A stretch of 64,000 bases of DNA, from NCBI GenBank assembly GCA_963717145.1, contig OY970325.1, forward strand, positions 1,824,001-1,888,000, in the 5' to 3' direction. Of the stretch, positions 28,225 to 37,867 are shown piece after piece. This DNA comes from an uncultured Armatimonadetes bacterium (lineage in GTDB: Bacteria; Armatimonadota; UBA5829; DTJY01). Positions within the stretch are counted from its first letter, which is position 1. Every line of letters starts with the position of its first letter. A program made the translations under genes and the position numbers. The notes beneath the pieces were generated by a model. It was given only the letters and a program-made list of their open reading frames with translations, made no database searches and was not told the origin of the DNA.

Positions 28225-30291
28225 CTACTCCCGGAGTTCCACCACCGTAGCCCTGACCTGCGGGTAGAGATCGCTGCCGGACTTGAAGCACGTGCTGATC
28301 CCTGTGACGTTGACCTGCTTGCCGATGCTGTTGGCACCACCGGGAGCGGTACCGACCACTTTCAGTCCAAGGTGCCCGGAGCCGTCATCCCCACGAAACC
28401 CATCGGCCACGTAGAAGTACCCGGTGCCGACGAACTCGATTTCCCCCGTCACAGAGACCAGCAGGCCAATGTTGTTGAGCTGTACAGAGTCCTTGACACC
28501 CTTCTGTCCCTCGCCGTTGACAGCATTGTATGCCCAGTCGCCGCCACCGACGCCTCGGTTGATGAGGAAGAGCGGATCGACCGAGCCATTCCCATCCTGA
28601 GTAGCCGACAACGCTTGGATGTATTTTTCTCCGTGCGTATTCGTCTTCAGTGTCCCTTCCGCATCTGCCCGCATTCCAACCTGCAGCCCGTGGCCTGACT
28701 TGTACACGGCTATGCCACACGCTCGGTCATCCGCCTCCAGATAGAAGATGCTGCTGAACACAGCGGTCACTACCGCGTCCGTAATGACGACCACGGAATC
28801 GTTGGCGCGGCGCTTGACCTGGTTGATGCTGGTCTCCGTATTGACAGTGTAGGATCCTGAAGCCACGTCACTTGCCGACCAGCCCGTCTTCCAGGCCCTC
28901 ACCTTGAGTACCTGCGTGGAGGCAACGAAGAGCGCGGATCCCGCCGACACCTGGGGGTCCTGCTCCGTCGGATCGACTCCGGTCCGAGTGTAGTGGAGCG
29001 TCGCGTCCGGAGTTGGGCAATCGACGGTAACCAGGACCGGCGCATCGTACACTCCCGTTTCAGGGCTCAGAGTCGGCGTCAGCACTCTGTCACACTCGTC
29101 AGCGCCAATGTCGACATGAGTGCCCACAGTCCGCGCCTGCCCGTCGATGTCGAGCCAGGAGGGCAGGACAATCCCATCGGAACCGGCATCTATGCAAGGT
29201 GACTGGGGAGTGGTCTTGAGATGGTAGTCGCCACTTGCCATGGCCACAAAACAGGGGTCCGCGTCTATGTCACCGAGGGATGGAGACAAGCCTTCATAGT
29301 TGAACCAGCTGTTCCCATAGATGCAATTGTGGTTGAATGCAAAAACGTTAGCATAAGAATCCTTGTAGACGCCGGACTGGTTCAGAGCGACTATGTTGTT
29401 CTCCATCCGGCCCCCCCAACACCAGGAGCAATATACGGCTCCGTATCCTCCGTTCCCGGCGATAGTATTGTTCTGGAGGGATAGTGATCCCCCGAACCAT
29501 AGGACTCCGCCACCTTCAACCGCCTGGTTATCCACTATCAGGTTGTTATGCACATTGGCAGTGGCATCCCTGGCATAGATCCCACCTCCCCTGTACGAGG
29601 AGGTGTTATGGCTAATGACATTGTTGCTGATAATCGGTCTGCTCGCGTCAGCACAGAATATTCCTGCGCCACGTGGCGAGCTGTTGTTCGAGATGACGTT
29701 CCACGATATCGTCGGCGATGAGTTGCCGTCAATGTAGATGCCGCCGCCTCCGAAGTACTGGTCGTTGCTGGTCGTGGTGTTCTGAATGATCTTGTTATGG
29801 CTGATCGTAGGGGAGTAACCGTTGCAGAAGATACCTCCGCCGGAAGTCGCGCGCCCGTTCCGGATTGTGAAGCCATCTATGAGCACATTGTTGCCGAACT
29901 CGGGTGTGACGACCGATGATCCGCCATTATTCCCGTCGATGATCGCCTCGTTCGGGTCGGGACCGGTCCTGGAAAATGGCGGTCGCTCGGCCAGGGCGGA
30001 TTCCGTACCCTGGAAACCGCCGTAGAGCGCGACGCCCGATTTCAGGGTGATCCGCTCCACGTAAGTTCCACGCGCGACCCAGACCTGCTCCTTGGTGACA
30101 TCGGCGTCGTCAAGGCCCTGCTGGATGCTGTGATAGGCCGTATCCCACGAGCCGCCATCATAGGTGGGCGGCGATCCGCTGCCGGGTGAATCCGACTTGA
30201 CATAGACTACCGCCAGGGCAGTCGAGGCTACGAGGAAGAGTAGTAGGCTTGCCGTCAGTACCACATGGGTGAATCTGGATCTGAACATCAT
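28225..30291 (-). CDS. Secreted right-handed beta-helix protein with chitobiase/Fn3-like domain and conserved C-terminal domain
   Basis: GGSWDTAYHSIQQG, VWVARGTY.E and GGGIY beta-helix repeats; GDYHL...SPCIDAG...DIGADE; TPDATLHYT..G.DP. Start could be 30288-30303. Confidence 0.8.
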   Translation of the reverse strand: MMFRSRFTHVVLTASLLLFLVASTALAVVYVKSDSPGSGSPPTYDGGSWDTAYHSIQQGLDDADVTKEQVWVARGTYVERITLKSGVALYGGFQGTESALAERPPFSRTGPDPNEAIIDGNNGGSSVVTPEFGNNVLIDGFTIRNGRATSGGGIFCNGYSPTISHNKIIQNTTTSNDQYFGGGGIYIDGNSSPTISWNVISNNSSPRGAGIFCADASRPIISNNVISHNTSSYRGGGIYARDATANVHNNLIVDNQAVEGGGVLWFGGSLSLQNNTIAGNGGYGAVYCSWCWGGRMENNIVALNQSGVYKDSYANVFAFNHNCIYGNSWFNYEGLSPSLGDIDADPCFVAMASGDYHLKTTPQSPCIDAGSDGIVLPSWLDIDGQARTVGTHVDIGADECDRVLTPTLSPETGVYDAPVLVTVDCPTPDATLHYTRTGVDPTEQDPQVSAGSALFVASTQVLKVRAWKTGWSASDVASGSYTVNTETSINQVKRRANDSVVVITDAVVTAVFSSIFYLEADDRACGIAVYKSGHGLQVGMRADAEGTLKTNTHGEKYIQALSATQDGNGSVDPLFLINRGVGGGDWAYNAVNGEGQKGVKDSVQLNNIGLLVSVTGEIEFVGTGYFYVADGFRGDDGSGHLGLKVVGTAPGGANSIGKQVNVTGISTCFKSGSDLYPQVRATVVELRE

Positions 30292-30443
30292 CGTTGCCTC
30301 CAAGACACATGTTGGCTATGGCAGTTCGTTTGGTGAAAAATGCGTCTCCGGCGTGCGAGAGGAATGGGGGATACGCCGTTTGCTGGACGAGACAGGTTAT
30401 TGTACCGGGTTGCCGTCGCATTGTCAACAACAACCCTGAAAAC

Positions 30444-31876
30444 GGGTGGAATTCCTCAGAGTGGGTAGAGCACGGCTCAGGCGGCACGTGCTGCGTGCTC
30501 GATCCGAGCCAGTTCGCCGCTTAGGAGGGCAGTTCTCACCGCGAGCACTGCATCTGCGCCGTCCTTCGTCCATCGCATCCCGGCTTGCTTTAACCTCTGG
30601 CCTACTATCACCTTGCACGCCGCTTCCACCGGACCGCTGCCTATCATCATCCCCTTGGCCCTGTATGCCGGGTAGTTCATGTACTTGCGGTACTTTCTGA
30701 AGTAGCCTGTCTCGATCCGAAGCGCTTCCCTCTCAGAATCGTTTCGTGCTCTGCGCCGCTTCATGGCTCTAAGCAGACTCCCCGGCCCCTTCTCTTTAAG
30801 CTTCCGGCAGTGTTCGTTTGCCCAGCGCTTCCCTTTGGGATTCCCCTCTCCGTAGAGTGTCCGCGCCAAGCCGTATATGTGCTCACAGGCATGCCAGTAG
30901 TCGATGATCTTGATGCTCTCCGGCAGATGATTCCTGACCTCTCTCCATATCCAGTCTGCGCCGTCGGCGATCACTATACGCTCTTTTGCCCCGTCATAGC
31001 CGGCTTGCAGTGCTCTGGTGTATACCCGTCTCCCGAACTCGTCGCTCGTCTCTTGCGCCGCTATGTAGCGCGAGTTGGTGACGGTATCCGTGTCTTTGCC
31101 TGCAGCCGGAACGCCTTCGTATACCACCATGGTCTTGATGTCATGCCACTGGCCATCGGTGTGCGCTTTGGCCGCGTCTATGCCAATGTAGAGCCTCTGT
31201 GGCGTCGCCTCGCAGGAGACCTCTTCACCTGTGTCTACCACAGAGATGATCGCTTCCTGCTCCTCTCGGCGGAGGCATTCCCCAACATCCCGGACTATCT
31301 CTTCTTCGCTGCTCTCTTCGATCGCAATACCCGTGGTTCGCTCGATCAGCCTTGCGGCTGCTTCATATGGAAGCGCGGCGCAGATCGAGGCGGTGAGTTC
31401 CTTCACTCTGGCGGTCCATACTCTCTCGGACAGCCCCTGCTCGCGGTCCCATGGAATGTAGCCCCGCCTGCAATGGTCGCAACGGTAGTATGACCTCTCG
31501 ACCTCTATGTCTCCGTGCAAAGTCCGAATGAAGCGTTTCCGGTATCCCTTGAACCTGGCCAGTCTGCCGCATTCGCATTCTATCCCAACACCCTTGTAGG
31601 TGGGCTTTCCGCTCATCTTGGCGGCAACCTCACTCATCATTGCGCCGGCAATCTGACGCGCCAGGATCTGAATACGCTCCTCGGCTGACCCTAAGTCCGT
31701 GCAATCGATGTAGCTGCGCGCAAAGTCGCGAGCGGCCTGAAGGAGGGAGTCTGTGTGCAAAAGTGTAAGCATTCTCTGGGAGTCTCCTTTCGGAATGTTT
31801 GTCCTTCAACAAACCATTACCGACTATTACAGGAGACTCCTTCCTTACTTGCTACCCACTCAACGCGAATGCACCC
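30444..31876 (-). mobile_element. ISKra4-like insertion sequence (1433 bp) with imperfect terminal IRs and 9-bp target-site duplication
   Basis: Left end gggtggaattcctcagagtgggtag; right end (reverse complement) gggtgcattcgcgttgagtgggtag; CCTGAAAAC duplicated at 30435..30443 and 31877..31885. Confidence 0.88.
30477..31772 (-). CDS. ISKra4-family (UPF0236-like) DDE transposase
   Basis: CECG...RSYYRCDHC zinc motif; LYIGIDA, IADGADWIW, IDYWHACEH and IGSGPVEAACK...RLK.AGMRW motifs. Confidence 0.9.
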   Translation of the reverse strand: MLTLLHTDSLLQAARDFARSYIDCTDLGSAEERIQILARQIAGAMMSEVAAKMSGKPTYKGVGIECECGRLARFKGYRKRFIRTLHGDIEVERSYYRCDHCRRGYIPWDREQGLSERVWTARVKELTASICAALPYEAAARLIERTTGIAIEESSEEEIVRDVGECLRREEQEAIISVVDTGEEVSCEATPQRLYIGIDAAKAHTDGQWHDIKTMVVYEGVPAAGKDTDTVTNSRYIAAQETSDEFGRRVYTRALQAGYDGAKERIVIADGADWIWREVRNHLPESIKIIDYWHACEHIYGLARTLYGEGNPKGKRWANEHCRKLKEKGPGSLLRAMKRRRARNDSEREALRIETGYFRKYRKYMNYPAYRAKGMMIGSGPVEAACKVIVGQRLKQAGMRWTKDGADAVLAVRTALLSGELARIEHAARAA

Positions 31877-31992
31877 CCTGAAAACTGGTATTATTACCAG
31901 GTGAGGCGTACTGAGAGACTGACCGGCAAAGCTGAGGTGACTCTGATAAGCGCGGAGAACCTGGTATTCTTACCAGTTATTGCCCAAACCCC

Positions 31993-32021
31993 TTGACATA
32001 TCGGGCGATTTGCACCATAAT
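31993..32021 (+). promoter_or_regulatory. Putative sigma70 promoter
   Basis: TTGACA-N17-CATAAT upstream of 32146. Confidence 0.65.
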
Positions 32022-32145
32022 CTTAGAAAGGCATAATGGGGTAAGTTGCCGTTTTTACGCTCCTGAATTACCCTCCGGACTGGGGTTGCTGAATCTTGTG
32101 CCCCATATATAGCTACTGATACGCCGCAATGCAAGGAGACTAGTC

Positions 32146-35100
32146 ATGAAGAAAAGCCTGCTGCCCGCAATCATCATCGCCATGGTTCTGATTCCTTTGA
32201 TGGCCTGCAGCCAGACTGCCGAGTTTCGGTCGATGGAGAGCACCGCCTGGGGTTCAGGCTTCGAGAGTCCTTCAGCGACCACAGCGTTCGTGAATTACGT
32301 CCGATCGTGCAATATGAACGCGCTCATACCGGAGCTTCGACTCCGTTGCGACGCGTATTACGACTCGAACTACGAGCCGCCCGGCACCGGCGTAGCACCG
32401 GCCTACGGTTACGATTCCCTTGCCGACCTCATCACCAAGGCCCACGCCGTGGGCATGGAGGTCCATCCCTGGTTCGTCACGTTCCGCATTTGGACGACGG
32501 ATGCCGGAGCGCCGCACACGACACCGGAGCACATCTGGTGGACGCACGGCCCGGGCAACACGAACCCGGCTGAGGACTGGTGCATGAGGGGTGACACGGG
32601 CGGATGGTCCTATGGAGGGATATCGAACCTCGATCCGGGACATCCGGCGGTAGAGGACTATCTGATAACCGTCTTCATGGACATGGTCAGCAGGTATGAC
32701 GTGGATGGCCTCAACCTCGACTATATTCGCTACCCGTCCACAAGTTGGGGCTACAACCCGGTCGCCGTCGCAAGGTACAATGCCGAATACGGCACAACCG
32801 GCAACCCATCGGCCAGCAATGCGAACTGGATGAACTGGCGGCGCGATCAGGTCTCGAACCTGGTCAAGCGTCTCTACCTCGAGATCAAGGCGATCAAGCC
32901 ATGGGTGAAGCTGAACATCGACGGATGGAATTCCGCGAGCACCGGGAACGCGAGCTACTTCCAGGACTGGGACAAGTGGATGACCAACCACTGGCTCGAC
33001 TTCACGCATCCCATGTCGTACACGTCCAGCAACAGCACCTATAACGGCTGGCTGGACACCTACCTGGGCAATCAGCACGGACGACACGTCTATCCGCTTA
33101 TCGACGCGTCGAACGACATCAACGGCAACGTGATCCCGCAGATAGACAACGTCCGCGCGCACGGTTTTCAGGGGCTCGGGCTCTATGCGTACAATACAAT
33201 TCCGAACAGGACCGCCTTGAGGGATGCGCTCGTCGCCGGTCCATTCCCGACGTTCGTGTCGCCGCCGGGCATGTCCTGGCTCGATACCCCCACGAAGGGC
33301 CACATCAAGGGTTTCGTCAGGAATGGCGGCGGGAATGCGATCTACCCGGTCACGGTCACTATCATCGGCCCGGGCACAAGCAGTAAGAACACCGGCACGG
33401 GCTTCTACGGGTTCGTCGATGTGACCCCAGGGGACTACACTGTGCGCGCTCAGGCGGGCGGGTACACAACGGTTGACATGCCGGTGACCGTCACAGCCGG
33501 CGCTGTCACTACACAGGACTTCACGCTCGTGGGGGAGACGACCCCGCCCGTGATCACCAACGTTCGCGCAACGAACGTCCAGGCGACGAACGTTCTCATT
33601 CAGTGGGATACGGATGAAGGATCCACGAGCCAGGTTGACTACGGCCTGACCACATCCTATGGCACGACTACCACCGAGGACATGGCCCAGGTCACGGCTC
33701 ACGCGGTTCAACTCGTGAGCCTCATTCCAAGCACGACGTACCACTACCGCGTGCGCTCCTATGACGCCATAAGGAACGTCGCCGTGTCGACCGATTACCA
33801 GTTCACGACCGGTCCAAATGACACACCCGCGGATATCATCATTGACAACACGGACGCGGGATGCTCTGTCGTCGGCGGATGGCTCACGAGTTCCAGCGCG
33901 GGGGACAAATATGGGTCCAACTACTTCTACTGCTCGCCGGCAGTCGGCGGGAAGGTAGCCACATGGCGGCCGAACATCATCGTCGCCGGAAACTATGACG
34001 TCTACGCCTGGTGGCCTGCAGGAGGGAACCGCACCACCAGAGCACCATACATCGTCTACTGGAACGGCGGCTCGGAGACTATCCCGACGAACCAGCAGGT
34101 CAATGGTGGAAGTTGGCAGCTCATAAAATCCAATGTACCGTTCGCCCTTGGCACTGCCGGAAAGGTCACTGTATCGAACGCCGGCATCGAGGTCGGTTGG
34201 AACGTCATGGCCGATGCGATCAAGTTCGCTTACCACATCGTCGACGTGACCCCGCCGAGTGCGCCTACGAACCTGGCGGCCACCGCCAACGCGCTCGGGC
34301 AGATGTCGCTGACATGGACGGCCTCCACCGACAATATCGGCGTCACGGGCTACAACGTGTTCCGCGACACGGTGCAGGTGGCAACGCCCAGCACCAACTC
34401 ATTCGGAGACACGGGATTGGTGGCAAACACGCAGTACAGTTACTATGTGAAGGCCCACGACGGTGCAGGGAATCTCTCGTCCGCCAGCACTACGGTCGCG
34501 AAGTACTCGCTCTCCGTAGCACCCGGGGCCGGAAGCCTGACCTGTGACAAGACGGTCAACACCTGGCAGACCACGCCGGACTTTGCGTTCACCGCTGTCG
34601 GCGGGTTCGGCGCGGGCAAGGTCGAGTACTACAAGTATGCCTGGACGCAGAGCAGCACGTACACATGGACCGGCTTTGAGGGCCAGTGGACCTCCGGCAA
34701 CCTGACTCCTCAGGCAACAACCGGCGGGTCATGGTATCTCCACGTGAAGGGCTGCAACGGGAACGGCGTCGAGAACGGGGCCTACTCGTACGGCCCGTAC
34801 AAGTACGACGACACCGCGCCATCGGTCACCGACCTGAACGACGGCAAGTATGTGGCGTCCGGCGGGCAACTGAGCGCATCGTGGACCGGGTCCGATTCGC
34901 AGTCGGGTATCACCGAATACCAGTATGCCGTCGGCACCGCGCCGGATAACGTCGGCTCTGTTGTGGTGTGGACCTCCACCAACACGACGGCATCGGCGAC
35001 CACGGTCGGTCTGACCCTGGCGGCCAACCAGATGTACTACTTCGGCGTCAAGGCCAAGAACGGCGCAGGCGTATGGTGCGATCCCGTGATCTCGGACGGC

Positions 35101-35703
35101 GTGACCGGCGCGACGGTCGTGTCATCGATCGTGGCCGCGAAGGGGCTTGCCGACGACCAGGCGATCATGCTGAGCGATAAGGTCGTCAGTGGGAGCTTCG
35201 GGACATTCTTCTACATCTGCGAGGACAACACCGGCGGCAAGATCTCGGCCATTCGAGTCGAGGGCGCTTCGGGCTTCGAAGGAAACCTGAACGACGTCTC
35301 CGGCATCCTGGACACGATCAACGGCGAACGGGCGATCACCGCTCCGGACACGAGTCCTGTGGCGGGTCCCGGCGCCCCGACTCCGGTCCTCATCAACAAC
35401 AAGTACCTGGGCGGAGGCGACCTGAACGCCTACACGCTCGGAATCACCAATGGCATCGGCGTCAACAACGTCGGCATGCTGCTGACGATCATCGGCAAGG
35501 TCGTGAGTCCCGGTCTGGGGTACTTCATGGTGGATGATGGGTCGAAGCAGATCAAGGTCAGCACGCTCATGCTCGGACCGGTTCCCGGTGTGGATAAGAT
35601 GGTCCGCGTCACGGGCATTGTCTCCACGGAGGAGTCCGGCGGGATAGTCACCCCGGTACTCATACCGCGCGCCGACTCAGACGTGCCGGAGCCGTGGTAC
35701 TAG
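32146..35703 (+). CDS. Secreted GH10-like (GHL10/DUF187) hydrolase with carboxypeptidase-regulatory-like, Fn3, golvesin-like and conserved C-terminal domains
   Basis: EFRSM, KAHAVGMEVHPWF, LDPGHP, YDVDGLNLDYIRYP, WRRDQV and QDWDKW motifs; Fn3 repeats (PSAPTNL..WTASTDN.GVTGY.VFRD); IIIDN...GNYDVYAWW...ADAIKF. Confidence 0.85.
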   Translation: MKKSLLPAIIIAMVLIPLMACSQTAEFRSMESTAWGSGFESPSATTAFVNYVRSCNMNALIPELRLRCDAYYDSNYEPPGTGVAPAYGYDSLADLITKAHAVGMEVHPWFVTFRIWTTDAGAPHTTPEHIWWTHGPGNTNPAEDWCMRGDTGGWSYGGISNLDPGHPAVEDYLITVFMDMVSRYDVDGLNLDYIRYPSTSWGYNPVAVARYNAEYGTTGNPSASNANWMNWRRDQVSNLVKRLYLEIKAIKPWVKLNIDGWNSASTGNASYFQDWDKWMTNHWLDFTHPMSYTSSNSTYNGWLDTYLGNQHGRHVYPLIDASNDINGNVIPQIDNVRAHGFQGLGLYAYNTIPNRTALRDALVAGPFPTFVSPPGMSWLDTPTKGHIKGFVRNGGGNAIYPVTVTIIGPGTSSKNTGTGFYGFVDVTPGDYTVRAQAGGYTTVDMPVTVTAGAVTTQDFTLVGETTPPVITNVRATNVQATNVLIQWDTDEGSTSQVDYGLTTSYGTTTTEDMAQVTAHAVQLVSLIPSTTYHYRVRSYDAIRNVAVSTDYQFTTGPNDTPADIIIDNTDAGCSVVGGWLTSSSAGDKYGSNYFYCSPAVGGKVATWRPNIIVAGNYDVYAWWPAGGNRTTRAPYIVYWNGGSETIPTNQQVNGGSWQLIKSNVPFALGTAGKVTVSNAGIEVGWNVMADAIKFAYHIVDVTPPSAPTNLAATANALGQMSLTWTASTDNIGVTGYNVFRDTVQVATPSTNSFGDTGLVANTQYSYYVKAHDGAGNLSSASTTVAKYSLSVAPGAGSLTCDKTVNTWQTTPDFAFTAVGGFGAGKVEYYKYAWTQSSTYTWTGFEGQWTSGNLTPQATTGGSWYLHVKGCNGNGVENGAYSYGPYKYDDTAPSVTDLNDGKYVASGGQLSASWTGSDSQSGITEYQYAVGTAPDNVGSVVVWTSTNTTASATTVGLTLAANQMYYFGVKAKNGAGVWCDPVISDGVTGATVVSSIVAAKGLADDQAIMLSDKVVSGSFGTFFYICEDNTGGKISAIRVEGASGFEGNLNDVSGILDTINGERAITAPDTSPVAGPGAPTPVLINNKYLGGGDLNAYTLGITNGIGVNNVGMLLTIIGKVVSPGLGYFMVDDGSKQIKVSTLMLGPVPGVDKMVRVTGIVSTEESGGIVTPVLIPRADSDVPEPWY

Positions 35704-35728
35704 ACAGCATGGCTGATGGTTGATGCTT

Positions 35729-35768
35729 GAAGGGGGTATGGGAGCGTTCCCATACCCCCTTCTATTTT
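35729..35768 (+). terminator. Intrinsic terminator
   Basis: gaagggggtatggga-gcgt-tcccatacccccttc followed by tatttt. Confidence 0.7.
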
Positions 35769-35869
35769 GTAGGAGGGATTTTCGGGGATGACTGTGCCCC
35801 GTAATCCCGAACGCTGGGCGGTGACTTCGGGATTACGGGGCACAATCATCCCCGCAAATCCCTCCTACA
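35768..35869. repeat. GTAG-type REP doublet
   Basis: tgtaggagggattttcggggatgactgtgccccgtaatcccgaa ... ttcgggattacggggcacaatcatccccgcaaatccctcctaca. Confidence 0.88.
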
Positions 35870-35873
35870 TACG

Positions 35874-36690
35874 CTACTTCTGCATGAGGACTTGCTTACT
35901 CCGCGACTTCGTCAGCTCCACGTCCGGCTGCTCCTTCGCCATGATCGCAAGAGCGATCCGGATGTCCTCGTCCGCTTCCTCGGGGCTCATGAACCCGATT
36001 GCCACCGGATCGACGGGCTTGTTGTTCCGATAGACGTATCCCAGACCTGACTCGGGCATGACCCGTCCTGCAGCGAGAGGCTTGATGCAGGTCACCGGCT
36101 TCGGAGTATTCCGAATGACACTGGCGACCCAGTCGGTCTCGACCGGCATCAGGAACCCCGCGACGTTGAACGGCTGGATGTAGGTGTCCACGTCGTACCC
36201 GGCCTTGTCGCTGACGATGATGACCTCGGGGCGATGTGTACTCAGGCCGGTCGCCATGCCGTAGCCCCGAATCTCCTCCAGGTAACGAGGCAGGCCCTCG
36301 ATCTCGCCTTTGCCGATGTTCAGGCGGGTGTCGGTCCAGGAGGTGTGCGGCAGGCACATCTCCGCCCCATGGTCGGCGCACCACTTGATGCCGTCGGAGA
36401 GACCGTCACCGCCCATCCCCGGGGTGCACATCCAGACCATGTGATGGCCGGTCTGGCGCTCCAACTCCTGAATCGCCTGGTGCATTGCTTCCATCGGTCC
36501 GCTGAGCACGCAGTTGACGCCGTGTTCGGCGCACTTCGCCATCACCTCGATGATGCGTGGGACGTCGAAGTACTTCCTGAGCCACGTATCCCTCGCATTG
36601 CTGAAGTGCGAGTATCCGAAGAACGGATTCGATCCACAGATGACTCTCGAAGATCTCGATCCCTCCGATGGAGGTCATGGGCATGGACAT
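35874..36690 (-). pseudogene. Aldo/keto-reductase-like TIM barrel protein, +1 frameshift near 36651 (possibly a sequencing error)
   Basis: Removing one base gives MSMPMTSIGGIEISRVICGSNPFFGYSHF..., continuing into ORF 35874..36545 (GLSTHRPE, KPV.CIKPLAAGR). Confidence 0.7.
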
Positions 36691-36788
36691 GGGAAACTCC
36701 TTAATGTATCAGTTGGTCACTATGTCAGTTCGTCAGTAGGGAACGCCCGCTGTGGCGTTCCGTGAGTACGCTACAAGTCGAAGCGCAC

Positions 36789-37799
36789 TCACCCAGCCGA
36801 TGGCCGCTTACTCTCGCCGCGTATGCATCTGATGAGATCGGCAAGGCTTTGTTGATACTGGTCCTTGCTACGGAAGTCAGCATGCACCTTACCGTTCAAG
36901 AACGGAGGCTTCGCACAATCCTGGTATAGAATCGGCAGAACCACCACCCGCCGTTCCTCAAGCCCACGGCGGAAGGCAGTTGTCCACTCTGTCTCCACCC
37001 AAGCCGATTGCACAGCAGCTGGAGATAGGATCACCGCCAGGAAATCGGAATCCTGTATCCCTTTCTGGATCATCACCGTAAGATCATGTCCTATCTCGAG
37101 ATCCCACCCAGCGTACCAGACACTGATGCCCGCTTGCTCGAGATCCGACGCAAGCCTTTCCACAAACCCCTTGTCCTTGTGCGAGTGGGACAGGAAGACT
37201 CCTGGAGCATCCGGACTTGCAGCCCTCTTGGCGATAGTGAGGCTGTCACCGCGATCCACTAGTTGCTGCGCGTACGCATGGCCCTTTCCAGTGAGGCTAG
37301 ATACCCGGTATCCGTAATAATGATCCATTGATGTGTAACCTTCCCCGGAGAGCTGGTCAAGGATGGCATATGCCTCTTGCCCGCTCATGGTAGGCATAAG
37401 CCAACGATCCGTCTCGCTGTTGAACCGCTGCCCGAACGTATTGCTTCGGCGTAGTAGATTCCGCAGCGTCTGTTGGAACCTTTCGAAAGGCATCCCATCG
37501 TCACTCTGGTACAGTGAACCAGCAAACTCGAATGTTATGCTTCGCCCCGGCCAACTGGGAACCCTCACGCCATGCAATAGCCGGGATTGTTCATCCCACG
37601 TCTCGTACATATGCCTTGCTAGCTTCTGCCTGAGAGAAAGTCCACGCTGTACTTCGCCGGGCAGGTCATCGGCAAACTCTCGGGTCGCCCAATACGTGCC
37701 GCAGGAGTCACATATGACTTTGAACCCGTCGATCTCCTCTGCTTGCCCTATGTCAGCATCTGATCGACTACATATCAAACATCCAGTCTGCACTGCCAT
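36789..37799 (-). CDS. TIR-domain protein with N-terminal CxxC/CxxC zinc ribbon and probable winged helix
   Basis: C-terminal VFLSHSHKDK.FVERLASDL...VWY...I.KGI.DSD...ILSP....SAWVETE is a TIR_2 pattern with the catalytic Glu; N-terminal CLIC...CDSCGTY; GAGGAGG RBS. Confidence 0.85.
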   Translation of the reverse strand: MAVQTGCLICSRSDADIGQAEEIDGFKVICDSCGTYWATREFADDLPGEVQRGLSLRQKLARHMYETWDEQSRLLHGVRVPSWPGRSITFEFAGSLYQSDDGMPFERFQQTLRNLLRRSNTFGQRFNSETDRWLMPTMSGQEAYAILDQLSGEGYTSMDHYYGYRVSSLTGKGHAYAQQLVDRGDSLTIAKRAASPDAPGVFLSHSHKDKGFVERLASDLEQAGISVWYAGWDLEIGHDLTVMIQKGIQDSDFLAVILSPAAVQSAWVETEWTTAFRRGLEERRVVVLPILYQDCAKPPFLNGKVHADFRSKDQYQQSLADLIRCIRGESKRPSAG

Positions 37800-37867
37800 T
37801 CCTCCTCAGATCGACTAAGCAAAGTACTCCCATCGCCATAGTGTGTTCACGAACGGCAATATCCCGC

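Noticed and set aside
32272-34236. 654-aa minus-strand ORF (likewise 11837..13411, 41959..43605, 45307..47052, 48942..50321, 8733..9962)
   Set aside because: Antisense shadows of well-supported genes in GC-rich DNA, with no recognisable motifs.
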